DNA from: Octopus vulgaris
Lineage: Eukaryota
Direction: 5' to 3'
Assembly (NCBI GenBank): GCA_951406725.2
Contig: OX597825.1
Span: forward strand, 37,014,001 to 37,078,000
Length of the DNA stretch: 64,000 nt
The notes below the pieces were generated by a model. The model searched no databases. It saw only the letters and a list, made by a program, of their open reading frames with translations, and was not told the origin of the DNA. This document shows positions 36,470 through 50,514 of this stretch, piece after piece. The number at the start of each line of letters is the position of its first letter. Position 1 is the first letter of the stretch. Position numbers and translations under genes: made by a program.

Positions 36470-38170
36470 AGTGGGCTAATGAAAGAAGTTCAGAAATTTA
36501 TAGTGTCAAGAAGCATAGAGAAAGTACAGAGAAAAGTGGAAGAGAGAGAGTTTCATCATTTGAGATCAGTGGAGCAGGTGTGAGAAAACTATTGTCAAGT
36601 AATGACTGTGGAATAATCTAAAGAATGAAAAAGACGATAAGATCATGAAGTATATAAGAATGAATAAATGTATGCGCATTCTTATAGATGTTAGGGACTT
36701 AAGTGAAGTAAGCTAAGAATGCTTCGGAATCACTGTATGAAATAAAAGGAGATATATGAAATAAAGTGAGATTAAACGATGCTAATATATGTTAGGAGAA
36801 ATAAATAAGAAACAGATTTGCTGCTAATTATAGCTTAAGTCGGACGCCACATGTTATTGTAATGGGAGGAATGGATATATTCTGATAAAAAGTTATTCCT
36901 TGGGGAATTAGAGTATAATATGAAAGAAATAATATGGATAGTTTAAGTAAATGCGATATGGAAGTGGAGTATACAAAGCATTCCTTGATAATGGGTAAAA
37001 AACATTAATATTAGAAGGGTCGACTAGTTTCTGCTAGGTAAATGGACTAATTGGGATTCAAACAGTGAGAAGAGGAATAACTAAAATATGCTGATTTATT
37101 TTAAGATGCGTGCAATGAGTTATCATCAAGTAAGGTCTAAAAAGAATAAGCAGAATATACATTTTCGATTAATTATGAAAATTATTTTAATATTAAATGG
37201 TTATTCAATTTAATTTATGTTTATAAAATAAAATGAAACCGGAGTAAAAACATAATAAAATAATTTGGAGTATTAATATTTAAAATGTTCATAGATTCTA
37301 TACTATATCTGTTAATTGAGGAAGCAGTAAAAAGAGAATGAAAATCATTTAAGAATGCCATAAAGAACTGAATGACAGAACGAAATAATAGAAACTATGT
37401 GACATAAAGATAATAGAAATAGATTCCAGCTGGCTGTGATGTACTAATGATTAGAATGGTATTAAAGAACTGATAAAAGTAAGTTATGGGAGATATGTGA
37501 AGAATGTAAAATTCTTAATATTATAAGGATTGTGAATGTGGAGATAAAGGTAAAAGTAGATGAATTAACGAGAAACAAGATCAAAATGTGTATGGAAGGA
37601 ATCTTGAGATAATCAAAAGTAGTAGTAAATGTTGAAAGTAAATCAAATTAAAATCATTGTAAGCTTACAGATAAATACTTGTAGATATTTAAAGTTCAAG
37701 AACAGAGTGCCTAGAAAATTATGACTAGATATATCTAGTCATAGAAAATTATGACTAGATATAAGATTGGGTTTAATGAATTGCATTGGAACGGAAGAGT
37801 AAAGTGAAAATAATCCAGAGGAGAAGGATTTATCGATGGAGGTAATTAACTGGTTGAAAATGCTCACCGGGTCTGAATGTTCTGTTGATGCAAGAACGTG
37901 TCTTTTCGTTCAAGATAGGCTTCAAGATACGATCTGTGGCGATAAGTAATTCCGGGCTCTCTCTAGTGCACAAAATCACAAGTATTTTTTTTATCATCGG
38001 CAATGGTTGACTTCTGACAAATTTTCCAAATTAGTTTCCAAGATTTAGCTATCTTTTTAACTCCTTAGTTAGGTTTTTTGTTTATGTTCTTGAAAGAGTG
38101 TATGAGTTACACTGAAATTTGAAAGAGAAGTTATGTCAGTGTAAGCTTTGAAAGTATTTTTAGTGTTAAT
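36470..38170 (-). mobile_element. Very decayed PLE RT relic
   Basis: Strand-skewed composition with faint ADK and HK..IP.RP motif remnants at ~37860-38010. Confidence 0.3.
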
Positions 38171-39369
38171 TGTGCATTTAGTAAGCAAGGCGGCCAGCTG
38201 GCAGACTCGTTGCCACGTTGGACAAAATGCTAAGCGATTTTTCGTCCGTTCAAACGCTTTGGGTTCAAATTCCGCGGAGGTCTACTTTCCTTTCATCCCT
38301 TTGAAATCGATAAAATAAATACCATTTGAACAATGGGGTCGATGTAATAGACTAACCTCCTCGCTCGAACTTGCTGGCCTTGTGCCAAAATTTGAAATCT
38401 TTATTAAGCTTACAACGATTTCTGTTTTAATTTGTTAGTCCACTCTCACCACATATTTTGTCCGCTGTAAGAGATTATCCACACTTAATTTGACACATCT
38501 CATCGACATTTACTGTTTTCACATGTATCATCCACATCCTTGTAACAGGCGAAATCTTCTCTCTTTTACGCACCTCTCCTAATTAATTTACTTTGATATT
38601 TCTCTAACCACCTTTCAAATGCATCTCCCATATCTAGCCATTCCTCCTGTATCAAACAATTTGTATTATTATTTTTGTCATATCAATATGTAACTTTATT
38701 TCTTTCTTTAGATCATTTAAGCATTTCGTTTTACTCCCAACCTCATTTCATAGATACATTCGATATTGCCAAAAGACAGTTCAGACTTGATGGTGCTACT
38801 GAGTTAGACATGGCCTGGGCTGATAATGGCCGAAACCAATCTAAGCTATGTATGACTATATGTATACAGACATATATACTCACACATATATACATACACA
38901 TGCACACTATATATATATATATATACGCACACACACACACTAACAATGCATCCTGGTGTTGCCCGGGTGTTATAACCTACAGTCACATTGTATTATTTGT
39001 TTCTTTCTTATGTGTAGAATCGGCACACGAGGAGCGTGAAGCAAACAACTCTTTTTTATAGACATGTTTTTCGGTCATTTTGTGATGAACAATGCTGAAA
39101 TTGTTGTCACCAAAAACATGTAGAATTACAGCTTAGATTTGAATGAAATCCTAAAAATGCCCCCAAAATGACCTAGACTTACGGATGTAAAGAAGTGGAT
39201 GACGAATGAGGACGTAGCAGTATCCGTTTTGCAGAGAGTAAGGTACATGGAAAAAAAAGCTGCTTCATTGTGGAAAGCACCATCTCTGTAATGTTTGGGC
39301 AGACTGCACACTTCAACATATGTTAAATGAAGCCGACAATGCTTCTGGGTAAACTATGTTTCGCGTAAG

Positions 39370-42300
39370 TCCAGTGTTGTAAGAAAAGATATACAAGTCG
39401 TCTGCACTGCTAACTCGAGAGCATACAGCATATAGTTGTCCATGAGAAAAATAGGGTAGTTGTAAACTGAGACCTACAATTTTTTAAGTTTGACCTTGGG
39501 CTTTGTTGATTGTCATAGCGAAGCAGAATCGCTCTGGGAACTGGAGGCGCTTGAACTGAAATGGCACATTTGAGGGAATAAGGGGCATGCGTGGTGTGTA
39601 TGCGATCTCTCCTCGATGGCAGCCGGCTTTAATGGTTGCTTCTAAGACATGACTTGTCATTATAGTTACAATCAATATTGTACCATTGCATAGTTGTGGT
39701 GGGTCCAAATTCCTCAAGAGCATGATAGGTGCACCTTTGTTTAGGAACAACTTATGCGGTGGAAGTCCTGTGGGTTGTAGAGAGTTGGGAAATTCAACTG
39801 GATACTCAACAGTGGCATGTTCGTCGATGGTAGCATCACTGGAGACAAACGTTGAAGGTAGAAGTGGAGGAGTTCATGGTTTACTTTATCAAAGTTTTCA
39901 TTCCGACGTGCTAAAATAGCTCTCACTGCGAACCTTGCCATGATTTTGAAGTTGTCTTGCAATGTGGGAAATAACTTTTCTTTAAGCTCGGCCAATGTAG
40001 ACACCATGTACCAACATTGCAGAACATGCTGCTGCAAGGTGTTATTCCACGGTAAGACACCATTTCCAATTTGTAGACGTCGATGAGAGAATTCCTCATC
40101 TAAGGGGTCGTTGTAGAGATGATCTCACATATTCTTGCTTAATGAAGGCTCACGAACAAATCTCCACAGAGGTGAAGACTTCAGACACGCATAGATCTCA
40201 TCAGCTCGCGTACACCGTGGTATGGCTGGTAATATTTGACGGAACTCCCCTGCAAGTTAAGCCCCCCCCCCCCATAATGGCAGTATTGTTTCTAATATCC
40301 CTTGGTGACCTATTTAGGGATTCTAGTGCACCACTGTGTGCCATCGTGCATTCATTCCAGATAATAAATGTAGTTTGGAGCAGTAGGTTATCGTTTTGAA
40401 ATATTGCACATTTGGGCATCCGTTGAAGTAAAAGTTGCAGGATGCGGCTGCAATCGCTATGTTTCCCATCTGCCTTATTTTTGCCAGAAGTAGGTTAAGT
40501 AGAAAAGTATTCCCTGTCCCTCCTGGCGCATCAATGAAGAGATGACGTCCTTCTCCTTGCAAGGTAGACACTTACTATTTCATTATAAACAGACCTTTGC
40601 TCAGCTTGCAATAATGGGTCACTTTCATCAAGTTGCCTTTTCAGGGCATCCATGTCGTATGCTCTTTCTTGAACGACTTCTCTTTAAAGGCCGTGATGTT
40701 CAGCTGGAGGTGTTGGAACGCCTTAGTCGGATAAGCTTTTGCCCCTAATGGAATTAAGCCTGTCTTCTAAATGACGTAATGCTTCAGTGTATATAACACT
40801 CGAGTATGAGACACTTGGCCCATGCAACCGTCGAGCTTCACGAAGGATGTCATTAGATAGGCTGTCTTTGTGGTTCACGCAAAGTTGTAGTGGATACGGT
40901 AAATCGCAACAGTACAAAATGATGGCGAAGAATCATATTAGTTGGTAAGCTGTACCTGCGTTTGCTGCGTCAGAGAGAGCTAAGCTCCAGTGACTGCTAT
41001 CTACAAGACCTCGTAGTTGGCAGGCTTGTTAAAATGTTTCGCAGATCATGGAGCTTACTATTTTAAGGTCTTCGAATGACGTTGGTCCAAGAATTTTGTG
41101 GAGGAGCATCCGGAGACAGTAGCATATGCGCCACAGGCGACGTCTCTCACAGCATTCTTCGACCTGTGACGCATTCGCCGCGACCATCTTCTTCACAGAC
41201 ATACCCAAGTACTATACCTAGAATAACCATGTTCAGAATTGAAAGAGGAGAAAGCTTGGTGTAACCGTCGAAGGACATCCACACATAAAAAAGTAATGCT
41301 CTGGGTCGAGTTTATACGATCCACCCAAAAACCTTCGATTGTTGTCATTATTTTTCAGAGCTTTTAATAAATTAGACGATTAAAAGCTCTGAAAAATAAT
41401 GACAACAATCGAAGGTTTTTGGGTGGATCGTATAAACTCGACCCAGAGCATTACTTTTTTATGTGTGGATGTCCTTCGACGGTTACACCAAGCTTTCTCC
41501 TCTTTCAATTCTTAACATGGTTATTCTAGGTATAGTACTTGGGTATGTCTGTGAAGAAGATGGTCGCGGCGAATGCGTCACAGGTCGAAGAATGCTGTGA
41601 GAGACGTCGCCTGTGGCGCATATATTTGTCCTCAAACTATTTCGGGATTCAATGGATCAAAATAAACTCTTTGGTCATTTTCTAAATGAACAGAGATGTG
41701 GACAACTGTGGGATATCTGTCATGGATGGAGAAATGAAGTAGTGTCCAAGCGGCTTCATTACTGCTTACATAACGGGCCATGGTGTACCTCATTCGCCCT
41801 ATCAGCATCTGAAAGGCCAAAGACAGATATGTCAGACCCCTTGTTTATATAATTGCATACATACTTGATGGAGTGAACAGAATTACAAAATTCCATATTA
41901 ATGTGTGCCTTGAAAACTCGTAGCAATAGAGGACGATATGGGACAATCCATCTGTTGTCTACAACGACCGGACTTTGCTGTGATCGACGAGTAAAATGGA
42001 ATCCACCGTCTCCCGGTTTGCGTCTTTTGTACGTTGGATACCCGTCATGTCCAGTGTGCGTTTCAGAAGTGCGCTGCTTAGGGTATCCTTTTGAACAGCA
42101 CTTTCCATTTATTATGCATAAGGAATTCTGATTTTAAAGGCTGCAGGGACCATGAACCATATACGATTTGACGATGTCGAAAAGTCGTTTGCCTACATCC
42201 TGATTTGGAATCTCCGCACTTATAATTTGGGTTGAGTGCAACTTTTCGTTGAACCAAATCAAAATATGCGCACGTGGCAAGCCTCGTTTTTGCAATTCGA

Positions 42301-44230
42301 CGGTATGCAGTCGACAGGAAACTTCTCCAAATATCTTTTTCTTTGTAAGTATGTCTATGAATTTCAATAACTTAATGTGGAAAACCCTGGCGATTAAGTC
42401 ATGTCGATGATGGGGTTTTTGCCCTGGCAGAAGATTTTCAGTAACTTCAGTCCACGTAGGATTGCTTGTGCATGTAACGAAAAGGTCTGGAGAGCCAAAT
42501 TTTCTAACATAGGTCATAGCGTCTTGTGTTTTTCGTGCATTTACCTTGGTGCCCCGGTAAGGAAGCCGAGAGAATAACGCCGTGGCCGACATTTGGAATG
42601 TCATCATTATTAGCAATAACATCTCGCAAGTGGATGTGTGATTCAGCACGAAGTTTTTGTTGCTTATTTTTTTTTATACAAAGAAGGCGCTCACTCTCCA
42701 CTTTACCGTACATGTTTATCATGAACTGCTGGAAAATGTCACAACATTTGAGTAAGTGTCTGACCGGTTCACGAACCATGATCATGAAGGCGTAGAAGTC
42801 ATTGCTAGTCATAGACTTTGTTTGATAATTATGTCCGGTTAATGGATCAGATGGAGGCATGCCGAAGTGATAGCCATCTTGCCCTTCCCAGAATATGTTT
42901 GGGTACTGTAGAGCATCATATGAACGATGAATCTCAGAAACCCTTCGTAACGTATTGTCATGTGAGTGGATAACAATATCCCTGTGGTCATATTGATCCC
43001 CAACTAAGATACAAGCGACCTCTTCAGAGGTGGAGGCATTGCATCGACCCGAATGGTGTCCAACGGGTTTTTGTCGGGTCTTATGGTTAGGGTGAAGTCA
43101 TTTGAAATTTGTGCCCGTTCTACTGCAACTTTTTGCTGTCGAATCAGATTATTGTGGGTCAAAAACATGGCCTGCGGAGTAGAAACGATGTCTTCATGCA
43201 AGGTTGTTATTATCTGACAGCGTTTCCTTAACTGCTGCTGGTTGTTTCCCATAAAATACATTTTTTCAGGAATTTTGCCTGGTCATCGCTGGATGGTAGA
43301 AGAGACCTTATAAAGTGGTACACCTGCTCTTGAGCTCTGATTGTCGTCAGAAATCATTCCTTTGCTATTTGTTTAGTCGCGCCAACAGATGTCATCTGAA
43401 AGCGGAATTGTATCGTCGAATGTTGAAGAGGAAGTGCTTTGATTTTGCAGTACAGCCATCTAGCAAGTCAAATTATGGCTGTGGATGATCTTGTAATAGA
43501 GGAACCTGAACCTTGCCTCCAGAGCAACACATTCTAGGACTTACACACGTAAACTTCTTTGCCCCCAAAATCTACAGTGATGCGATAGCCCGCCTACTCT
43601 TATAGTAAGATCATCACTGTAATCTAAATTAGGATCATATCTAAGAACCGATTTCTCTTCACAAAATGCACTTTCCATTGGTACATGCGTGAGGGCGTCA
43701 GGCATTATATGTTGGACTCTTGAACTCATTATAGTAACACTGTGTATACAGCAATTTGCTCTAAGAAACGCATGGCTATTGGATGCCTGTAAGAGGTGGT
43801 GGGCACGCTGTTGGTGAGACTCAGCTGCTCGGCTTGTTGCAGTTTCACGTCGGTTCAGTGTAAGGTGTGCCGAACGGTGCTCCTGAGACTCAGCAGATCG
43901 GGCTGCTGCAGTTGTACGTCTGTTTCGTAGTAAGCGTGTGGAACGAGCTTCATGACACTCAGCTGCTCGTGTTGCTTCTGTAGTCCACTGATTATGAAAA
44001 TGCCGCACCTAGCGGTATACCTCAGACCGTGTTGCTGTTATTCTACACTTGGTCGTTGCAATCGTTCTGTTTGAGACTCTGACGCTGCATTGCTGCAGCT
44101 CTTTGTCTATTAGAGAGTAGGCGCTGTTCATGCCGAACTGAGTTTTCTTGAGCATGAATAGAGGCAGTTTTCTTTGCAGCCCTTGTTTGTGGAGATAAAT
44201 TAGAATGTCTTCGTTTTGATGGTATTGCTG
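39370..44230 (-). pseudogene. Helitron RepHel (HUH Rep plus Pif1-type helicase), disrupted
   Basis: PDLFVT, VELQKRGLPRAHIL, MVHGPC, GYPTYKRR, DAPGGTGNT, IIWNECTM, LLRNLDPPQLCNGT, QFP...AMTINKAQGQT, FSHGQLY. Confidence 0.92.
41124..41623. repeat. 245-bp near-perfect inverted duplication inside RepHel
   Basis: Arms 41124-41368 and 41379-41623, 10-nt loop, one mismatch seen. Confidence 0.9.
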
Positions 44231-44737
44231 AAAAGAGCAAAAGATTATGGAACATATAAGATGGAAGACATAGCAATTTGAAGTCGTGCATTTTATAATT
44301 TGATTTTTTAGTAACGAATGAAGAGATGTGGAAAAAAATCATATGTCAATTTGTATACCGTTATCATGAGAAGAAGCGGTAAACTCTCAAGGATTTGGCA
44401 GTTCTGTTTTGATAAGCGTAATGCATTCTGTTAGCTGATATATAGTGGAATGGATTACTGGCGTAATGGAAGTTATCGTTTGTCCAGAAGTGGAGGGGGA
44501 AGGTGCAGTTTGCATGAAAGTGATTTATATTCTTAAGAGGTATCGCAAACTATGTACTGTTTCATGAAATAAAAAGGGGTTGGTATGATTTTGGCTAGAA
44601 ATCACGTTTTCAAAATTACAATTTCCCCCACCCCACCGAAATTTCCTAATTTTAAACTGTTTTTCGAATTTTATAAAAAAAATAGAGATTACGAATGTGG
44701 GAAATATAATTTGTTCTTGAAAGTTAAATTTTTCTGA

Positions 44738-45935
44738 AAGAAATACTGAATGCCCCTTCTCCCATCTCGACCACCATCAGCTACCCGCTTTGGGGCGAAA
44801 TGTAAATCTCCTGCATGAAAAACATAGGAATGTGATTAAATTGAGGAAATACTGTATGAAAATCATAAGAATGTGAGTAAATCCAAGAAATAAATAAGGG
44901 GGTGGGACGGAAATGTAATCTCGGACATGCTAGAAAAAACAGGTAAAGGACAGGATTTCTGAGATAACTTCCTTGTAAGTTCCCGATTTTTTCCCCTTTT
45001 TTTCACCGGCTTCCCATGTTTTCGATGACGGAGATACCGAATATGCAAAAAAGAAACGTTTTCAAAATTTTTGATTAACCCTCACCCAAGCGCAAAACTT
45101 TTAGCTTTTTCTCGAAATTTTTTTTCAATTTACGTGGTAAAATATGGAGATTAAGATTATGGGGGAGAGGAAACAAATTTTTAATGAAAAACTCCCAAAT
45201 TGATCCACACCCCATCCCGCTGTCTAAAAGTGAAAATGAACGGCTGTTTTGTCCGTTTCCGCATGCATAGATTTATAGTGAAAGAGCAAAAGGACCACGG
45301 CATGTGAAGCCCTCACCACGAAACTCGATACGCTAAAAATAACAGCTAAATGTCCGGAGAATTTTTGTGGTTGTGGGTATACGCACACGCAACAATTTCT
45401 ACAGCTTATCCGAATGAACAGAGAAACAAGTACACCACATATATTTGACATACCTGTCATATACGTCGGTTTTGTTTTTTCGCTTTAAAGGTAAACGATT
45501 CTGATAGAAACAATTATCTTGTTATCAATAATTGCTGGATTAATCTCAACAAAATAGTACAAGTTTATTCACTGGCTCAGTAACTGTGTTTGTGTTCTTC
45601 ATTCTAAAATAATTAAAAAGTTTAACATACTTCCATTTAAAATTAGAATTTGTTCCCCTTCACCCAATATTCTTAATCTCCGTATTTTTCCACGTAGATT
45701 GAAAAAAGTTTTTCGAAAAAGTTAAAAATTAAAGATTTGGGTGGAGGAATGAAAAAATTTGAAAACGTGTTTTTTTTTGCATATTCGGAATCTCCGTCAT
45801 CGAAAAAATAGGAATCTGGTGAAGAAATACTGAATGCCCCTTCCCTCATCTCGACCACCCATCAGTTACCCGCTTTGAGGCGAAATGCAAATGTGCTGTA
45901 TGGAAAATAAGAATGTGAGTAAATTGAGGAAAGAA
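44738..45935. repeat. Direct (44738-44850 / 45822-45930) and inverted (45020-45165 / 45662-45807) repeats in the Helitron 5' region
   Basis: GAAATACTGAATGCCCCTTC..CTCGACCACC twice; CGATGACGGAGATACCGAATATGC versus GCATATTCGGAATCTCCGTCATCG. Confidence 0.75.
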
Positions 45936-46970
45936 ATAAGTAGTGGGGATTGTAACTCTGTGTGTGTGTGTGTTTGTGTGCGGCAAAGGAAGTTATTTTT
46001 GTATACCTTTCTTAATTCCAATTAATTAGTGGAAGTTGTGACTTGTCGACAGCATCAGGTCTCTGCACCTTATAATGAGAAATTGAAAGAGAGATAATGC
46101 CTAATTCAACGCATGCGTGAAACATAGGACGAAAGTGAAAATGACCTAAAAATGACCTTAACATGTGTACGATACGACCTGGGTTCTGGGGTTGTTGGCG
46201 TCCTCTTCTCTCCCGCTTTCCTCCTCTCTTTGTGCTGGCTTTTTTCACTTTCAGCTATGGAACATAGGGTATGAAACATCAGCGTCTGTCTCACCCGCTA
46301 TCCCTCTCTTCCACCTTCTCCTATAGAAACTTGTTTTCCGTCTATGTTTCTTTCTCTTGTCTCTCTGTCTTTTTCTTATTCTGCGTTTCTCTCGGTCAAT
46401 CCGTAAAAATTGGTTTCTATATTCTTTGAAGAGAGCAGAAATTGAAAGGAAGGAGAAAAGGGGGTGGATAGGGAAAGATGTATGCACGTGTATATGAAAT
46501 GGACGTGTGTGCGTGTATGCGTGTTTACGAAAGTGAGAAAGACTGATAGAGTGAGTGAAGGTGTGTGTCGTGTTGAAGGATATAGAAAATGTGACGTCAT
46601 CGTCGTCATATGAAATGTTTACGATAGTTGACTTATGTAAAAGATTATAATTTTAAATTTTTGTAATGCAAATATGTCAATGAAAATAAAGTTTAATTGG
46701 TAGCCGAAATAGTACTGAATCTTTTGATAACCCATACGTCAAAATCGGCACCTCGGTTTTGGAATGCATAAGGAACATACGCACGTACACACAAACACAC
46801 AAACTCTCTTTTAGAGTTATAGATATATGTATGTATGCACGTACGCATTCAGATAGAATTCAAAGGAAGTGGGAGTATGCCTTCAAATGTGGTGTCAGTA
46901 TGCCTGTATAATATGAATATATCATCAATATATCAATACATACATATATACATATACATATATACATATA

Positions 46971-47030
<60 letters not shown>

Positions 47031-47807
47031 CATACGTAGAAATACACATGCACAAATATTCTTTTCTACTCTAGACACAAGGCCCGAAATTTTTTTGGGA
47101 GGAGACCGGTCGATTAGATCGACCCCAGTACGCAACTGGAACTTAATTTCTCGACCCCGAAAGGATGAAAGGCAAAGTCAACCTCAGCGGATTTTAAACT
47201 CAGAGCATTTCGCCCGGTGTGCTAACGTTTTTTATTTCTTTATTGGCTACAAGGGGCTAAACATAGAGGGGACAAACAAGGACAGACAAAGGGATGAAAT
47301 CGATTATTTCGACCCCGAAAGGACATAAGGTAAAGTCAACCTCAACGGATTTCGAATTTAGAACGTAAAGATAGACGAAATACCGCCAAGCATTTCGCCC
47401 GGCGTGCTAACGTTTCTGCCATCTCGCTGCCTTTACGTAGATACAAATATTAAATTTTTAATGTTTATGGAATACGTGCATGCATAGTTACATGCGCGAC
47501 GTGAGTTAGTATAAATAACTGAAAAGCGCCAAGGGAAAAATACATGGGAGAATCGGTAGTGAAGAGTATAAAGTAAATAGAAAGTAGGAAATATGCGGTT
47601 AATTAGTTCAATCCTCCTCCTTACTCATTAATTTCCCGAGGCAAGCTGTATCTTATCCATTGAATGTGGCACTGCACAGTGGAAGACTTTAATAGAAAGA
47701 AAATTTATATAAGCGACGTAAATGTATGAAACAACGATTTTTTCATAAACTCAATTTGATTTTCGTAAATTACACTTGGTATATATACATACACATGTAC
47801 GCATATA

Positions 47808-47872
<65 letters not shown>

Positions 47873-47925
47873 GATTCGATTCGTTCCGTTTCGTTTCGTT
47901 TCTTCTTCTTCTTCTCCCAGTACAG

Positions 47926-47968
<43 letters not shown>

Positions 47969-48157
47969 GTATATATATATATATTTATATATATATATAT
48001 GTATATGTATTACATATATACATATGTACATTTTATATATATATATGCATATATACTTACGTATATATGTATGTGTGTTTGTATATATGAAGGTATATAT
48101 ATATATATATATATACCTACATATATATATATACATATATATATACACACACACGCG

Positions 48158-48240
<83 letters not shown>

Positions 48241-48353
48241 GTGCATACACACATTCCCACGCATACAGCCATCTCGATATATATTATGAATATATAGCAT
48301 GAATATACATATATATGAATATATATATGCATTTAAATATATATGCATTTAAA

Positions 48354-48412
<59 letters not shown>

Positions 48413-48898
48413 TTATCTATGAGTGCGTGTGTAAGTGGGCATCATAGTATTTTCTAAAGACCATAGAAAGAATTTAAATCGTAAAAAACTATCCTAAATA
48501 ACCAAAACAGAGTTTAGTGTTAAAACCAACTTATTCCATTGTCACAAAAAGCACCCCTCCCATAAACAAAACAAAAGAAAAACTCAGAACAAAATAGACT
48601 TCCCACTCCCAAAAAAAGGACTACTATACAACAGTCGGATTTTGAATACAAAGCATAATCAATAAACCAATTTGTAAAATTCAGAACTTTCTATCGATTA
48701 CACTAAACAAAAAGGAAACTCCAAAATAAATAAATAAATAAATAAATAAATAAATATATGAAATCAACAAAGGAACAACGAAAAAAAAAATGAAAACAAA
48801 GGAATAAGATTTAATCATCAATAAGGGTCGATATTCGAAGCATAATAGAAACAAAACCTGATGCAATTATATATATACATATATATATATATATATGA

Positions 48899-48950
<52 letters not shown>

Positions 48951-49773
48951 GAATGTGAACATGTGATTGTAAGTATATGAACGTGTGTGTCTTTGGGTAT
49001 GTCTCTCCTTATTTTGTGTTGCTATTATTTAATACACGTACTTACACACATGCGTATATGAATATCATTATATATATATATTTAAACACACATACACAGA
49101 CACACATACGCACATAAATATACATATACATGTGTATATTTGTATATGTATCCATATATATACATGTGAATAAATTCACGTATATGCATACACTTACACA
49201 CACACACATACTCAAATATATGTATATGTATGTATGTATGTATATATATATATATATTGTATAATGGCACTACGAGCCTTACATATTTATATTTATCTGT
49301 GACGTGGAAGCGAAACTGTTAGAACGTAATACATTTTAAATGTATCAAATCTGAAACCTGTATTTGTTTCCTCTTCCTCGCATGTATGCGTTTATGTGTA
49401 TGCCTGCATATATCTCTATAAGTACACAAGTATATACACATACATGTGTGTATATATACATATACATACACGCACACACACATATATGTATATCACTGAG
49501 GCATAAATACTAATAAACTGGTGATAGAACTCAATATGAAAATGTTTCAGAAAAAAGTATTTTTCGAGTACTGGGCGTAATAAGGAATTAGATAAATGAC
49601 AAGAAATTTTTACAGCTCCGACGAAGCTATAAGTCGATACTCAAGCCCTAAGCTATGAGTGCAGTGCATCTTATAGCAAAAACAGCTGCAAGCTAATGAA
49701 GATCATTACATAATTTCTTGTTCCATATATATAAGAGTGTGTGTGTATGTGTATGTGTGTATGCATATATATT

Positions 49774-49818
<45 letters not shown>

Positions 49819-50041
49819 TACTGGGAGAAGAAGAAGAAACGAAACGAAACGGAACGAATCGAATCGAATCGACACGAAGGCGCTCAGTCATACAATAGTG
49901 TAATAAATAAGATATATGCATACATACATACATATATGTACGTACCTACATCTACATGTATATATACATGCATATATAAATATATATACGTGAGTACAGG
50001 ACACCATATATATATATACATGTGTGAACTTCTCTACATTT

Positions 50042-50086
<45 letters not shown>

Positions 50087-50442
50087 TTTTATATATATAT
50101 ATATATATTCTTTTATTCCGCAGGACTTATTTTTTGTAAGCCTAGTACTTATTCTATCGCTTTCTGTTGCCGAACCGCTAATTTACGGGGACGTAAACAC
50201 ACCAGCACCTGTTGCCAAGCGATGGTGAGGGAACAAACACACACACAAATACACATGCACGTACGCACACACACACACACATACACATATATATTTCAGT
50301 TCCCATCTACCAAATCTACTCACAAGGCTTTTGTCGGCGCAAGCCTGTAGTAGAAGACACGCGCCGAAGGTGTCACGCAGTGGGACTGAACCCTGGACCA
50401 TGTGGTTAGGAAGCAAGCTTCGTACCTCACACCCAGTCCTGC

Positions 50443-50491
<49 letters not shown>

Positions 50492-50514
50492 CATGTATGT
50501 ATGTATTTATGAAT

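Larger units (their letters stand above)
38940..46823 (-). mobile_element. Helitron with recognisable termini
   Basis: 5' A|TCTATAA at 46823; 3' GC-rich hairpin CCCGGGCAACACCAGG then TTAG|T at 38940 (CTAG-like); Rep and helicase motifs inside. Confidence 0.9.
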
